64,000 nucleotides of DNA, taken from Malacoraja senta. Lineage: Eukaryota. The notes below the pieces were generated by a model that was not told where the DNA came from, ran no database searches, and saw only the letters and a program-made list of their open reading frames with translations. The translations under genes were made by a program, and so were the position numbers. Shown piece by piece: positions 61,963 to 64,000 of this stretch; position 1 is the stretch's first letter; every line of letters starts with the position of its first letter. Where the stretch lies: NCBI GenBank assembly GCA_038087875.1, contig CM075988.1, positions 2,976,001 to 3,040,000 of the forward strand, given 5' to 3'.

Positions 61963-62155
61963 CAAATGTCTTTTAAATGCTGTAGTAGTACTTGCCTCAC
62001 CTATGTGCTCTGGCAGCGCTTTCCATACTCACCATCTCTGAGTGAAAAAGTTGTCTTTCAGTTTCCTATTAAATGTTTCCCTCTCACAAACCTATGCCCT
62101 CTAGTTCTTGATTCCATTACCCTGGATAATAGGCTTTCTGCAGTCACCTTATCTA
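61963..62155 (-). mobile_element. Old CR1 ORF2 3' fragment
   Basis: Resembles 52870-53030 (ctctggcagcgctttcca...ctctgagtgaaaaag...cctctagttcttga). Heavily diverged. Confidence 0.6.
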
Positions 62156-62653
62156 CAGGAACATTCCAAAGGCCAACAATTAACTCCCACTTCAATGGTC
62201 TCACCACATAGCAATGCGGGACCATGTCCACCTGCTTGATCTTCCTGTGAGCTGATGGTCATAGGTGTTAGCTTTTCACACTGAGCCTTCAATCCTGATG
62301 GAGGCTGGAACTTGACTGCCTACCCTCCATGGAATGTTTATTGAAGGGTTGGGTGCCAGTGCTGGAGTTTGACCACTTCACGACATGGGGTAAAATGTTG
62401 GACACTTTAGACACAACGTCAAATATTTCTTAGAGTGGGAAGCATCCAGAAGTTCGAGCCCAGATGTGGAACCTGGAGAGTAAGGTCTGGAAACATATCA
62501 AAGGCCACAGTGGAAGCTGCTGAAACAGGCCAGAGACAGCACCATGGCACCTTCATCCGCTGGTCAAATAGTACCAGAGATCTGTGACCTAGTCGTGGCC
62601 TTTGAGAATTCTCCCACGCCAAAACTGAACCTGATGTATGACATGTTATTACA

Positions 62654-62771
62654 TAAAACATAGAACACAGCAAAAGAACAGGCCCTTCAGCTGACAATTC
62701 TGTGCCAACATGATGCCAAAACCCTATCTACCTGCATATTTCAATTTCCTGCATATCCATATGCCTACCCA
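62654..62771 (-). mobile_element. CR1 3'-end fragment of another subfamily
   Basis: The minus strand ends gctgaagggcctgttcttttgctgtgttctatgtt, a CR1-type terminus. Confidence 0.6.
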
Positions 62772-64000
62772 AGGCGAGACCGACGTCAGGCACAGCCATA
62801 GTGAAAAGTGACTCCATTGTCCGAGGTGCGGACAGAAGATTCTGTGGTGACAGGTGAGACTCGAGGATGGTGTGTTGCCTCCCTGGTGCCAGGGTCCAAG
62901 ACATCCCAGACCGACTTCCTCACGAAAATCCTCCAGAGCGAAAGGGAGCAGCCGGAAATGGTTGTGCATGTAGGCAGAAATGTCGTAGGTAAGAAGAGGA
63001 AGGAGGTTCTGCAACGTGAATATAGAGAACTAGGCAGCAGGCTGAAAAGCAGGACTTCTAGGGTGGTTATCTCTGGGTTGTTTCCTGTACCTCATGCTAG
63101 TGAGGGTAGGAACCGGGAGATAGGTTGTGTGGCTGAGGAGTTGGTACAGGGGGCAGGGATTTAGATTTCTAGTTCACTTGGATCTCTTCTGGGGAAGGGG
63201 TGAACTGTACAAAAGGGACGGGTTGCACCTTAATTGGAAGGGGACCGACATTCTGGCAGGCAGGTTTCCTAGTGCTACACGGATGGGTTTAAACTAAAAA
63301 CTAGGGGGGTGGAGTTAACAACGTGGAAGCGTATGCGTGCAGCTAACTGGAAAGAGAGTGTAGGAAAGGTCACGTTTAAACGAACAGGGCAGGGGGATGG
63401 GAACCAATGCAAGGAGACAGAAGGCCTAAAAGGACAGAAGCAAAAGGTAGAAGAGAGATAAGAAAAACAAACCTGAAAGCTTTATGCCTTAATGCGAGGA
63501 GCATTCGTAATAAGGTGGATGAATTGAATGCGCAGTTAGTAGTTAAGGGATATGATATACTTGGAATTACGGAGACATGGCTCCAGGTGACCAAGGCTGG
63601 GAGCTAAACATGCAGAGGTATTCAATATTCAGGAAGGATAGACAGAAAGGAAGAGGAGGTGGGGTGGCATTGCTGGTTAATGAGGAGATTAATGCAATAG
63701 CAAGGAGAGACTGAGTAGGAAAGAACAGCAGATGCTGGTTTAAATCAAAGGTAGACACAAAATGCTGGAGTAACTCAGCGGGTCAGGCAGCATCTCTGGA
63801 GAGAAGGAATGGGTGACGTTTTGAATCGAGACTCTTCCTCAGACTGATGTCAGGGGAGGGGGCGGGACAAAGAGAGAATGTAGTCGGAGACAGTAAGACT
63901 AGTGGGAGAACTGGGAAGGGGAGGGGATGGAGAATAATTATCTTGGATGCTGTAGAATCAGTATGGGTAGAACTGCGAAATAGCCAAGAGCAGAAAACGC
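62772..64000 (+). mobile_element. Second CR1 LINE (3' half of ORF1 esterase and start of ORF2 endonuclease), decayed, runs off the window
   Basis: Homologous to the reverse complement of ~59970-60970: DSIVRGADRRFCG, VCCLPGAR, LKSRTSRVVISGL, LCLNARSIRNKVDEL, GITETWL, GGGVALLV, ESVWVELRN. Confidence 0.9.
63714..63932 (-). mobile_element. Penelope-like element terminal (pLTR) fragment with a decayed minimal hammerhead core
   Basis: Interrupts the CR1 endonuclease. The minus strand reads ctgaggaagagtctcgattcaaaacgtc...gacccgctgagttactccagca...ccagcatctgc. Family assignment rests on my recognition of the sequence; boundaries are approximate. Confidence 0.75.

Noticed and set aside
62156..62653. 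Possible host exon in non-repetitive-looking sequence
   Set aside because: Only weak splice-like words, and no recognisable protein similarity in the 92-aa ORF.

Overview
Eukaryotic, gene-free, repeat-saturated window. The repeat families point to a cartilaginous fish, probably a skate or ray (inference from the CR1 and Penelope terminal sequences). Bases 1-~37,375 are one satellite array: a CpG-rich 25-bp monomer (consensus ~GAAAAGCGACGAAAATTCAGCACGC), organised into a 200-bp octamer and 1.7-4.2 kb higher-order duplications, with one ~630-bp inverted block. All ORFs called there are spurious. After a short duplicated G-rich spacer come nested retroelements. (1) A decayed L1 (39,044-50,706, +) is interrupted in ORF1 by a non-coding GC-rich retroposon and in its endonuclease by a structurally complete DIRS tyrosine-recombinase retrotransposon (41,830-46,611). 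(2) A near full-length CR1 LINE (52,737-61,860, -) is interrupted by a complete Mag-like Ty3/Gypsy LTR element (53,288-58,001) and a short LINE-type tail. (3) A second CR1 (+) is interrupted by a Penelope-type terminal repeat with a decayed hammerhead core. The most interesting observations are three divergent non-coding retroposons whose hairpins keep their structure despite sequence change, and splice signals in the DIRS element that would excise pol and join gag in frame to the recombinase. No host protein-coding gene, rRNA, tRNA or CRISPR array was recognised. All comparisons were made by eye; no alignment or database search was run.
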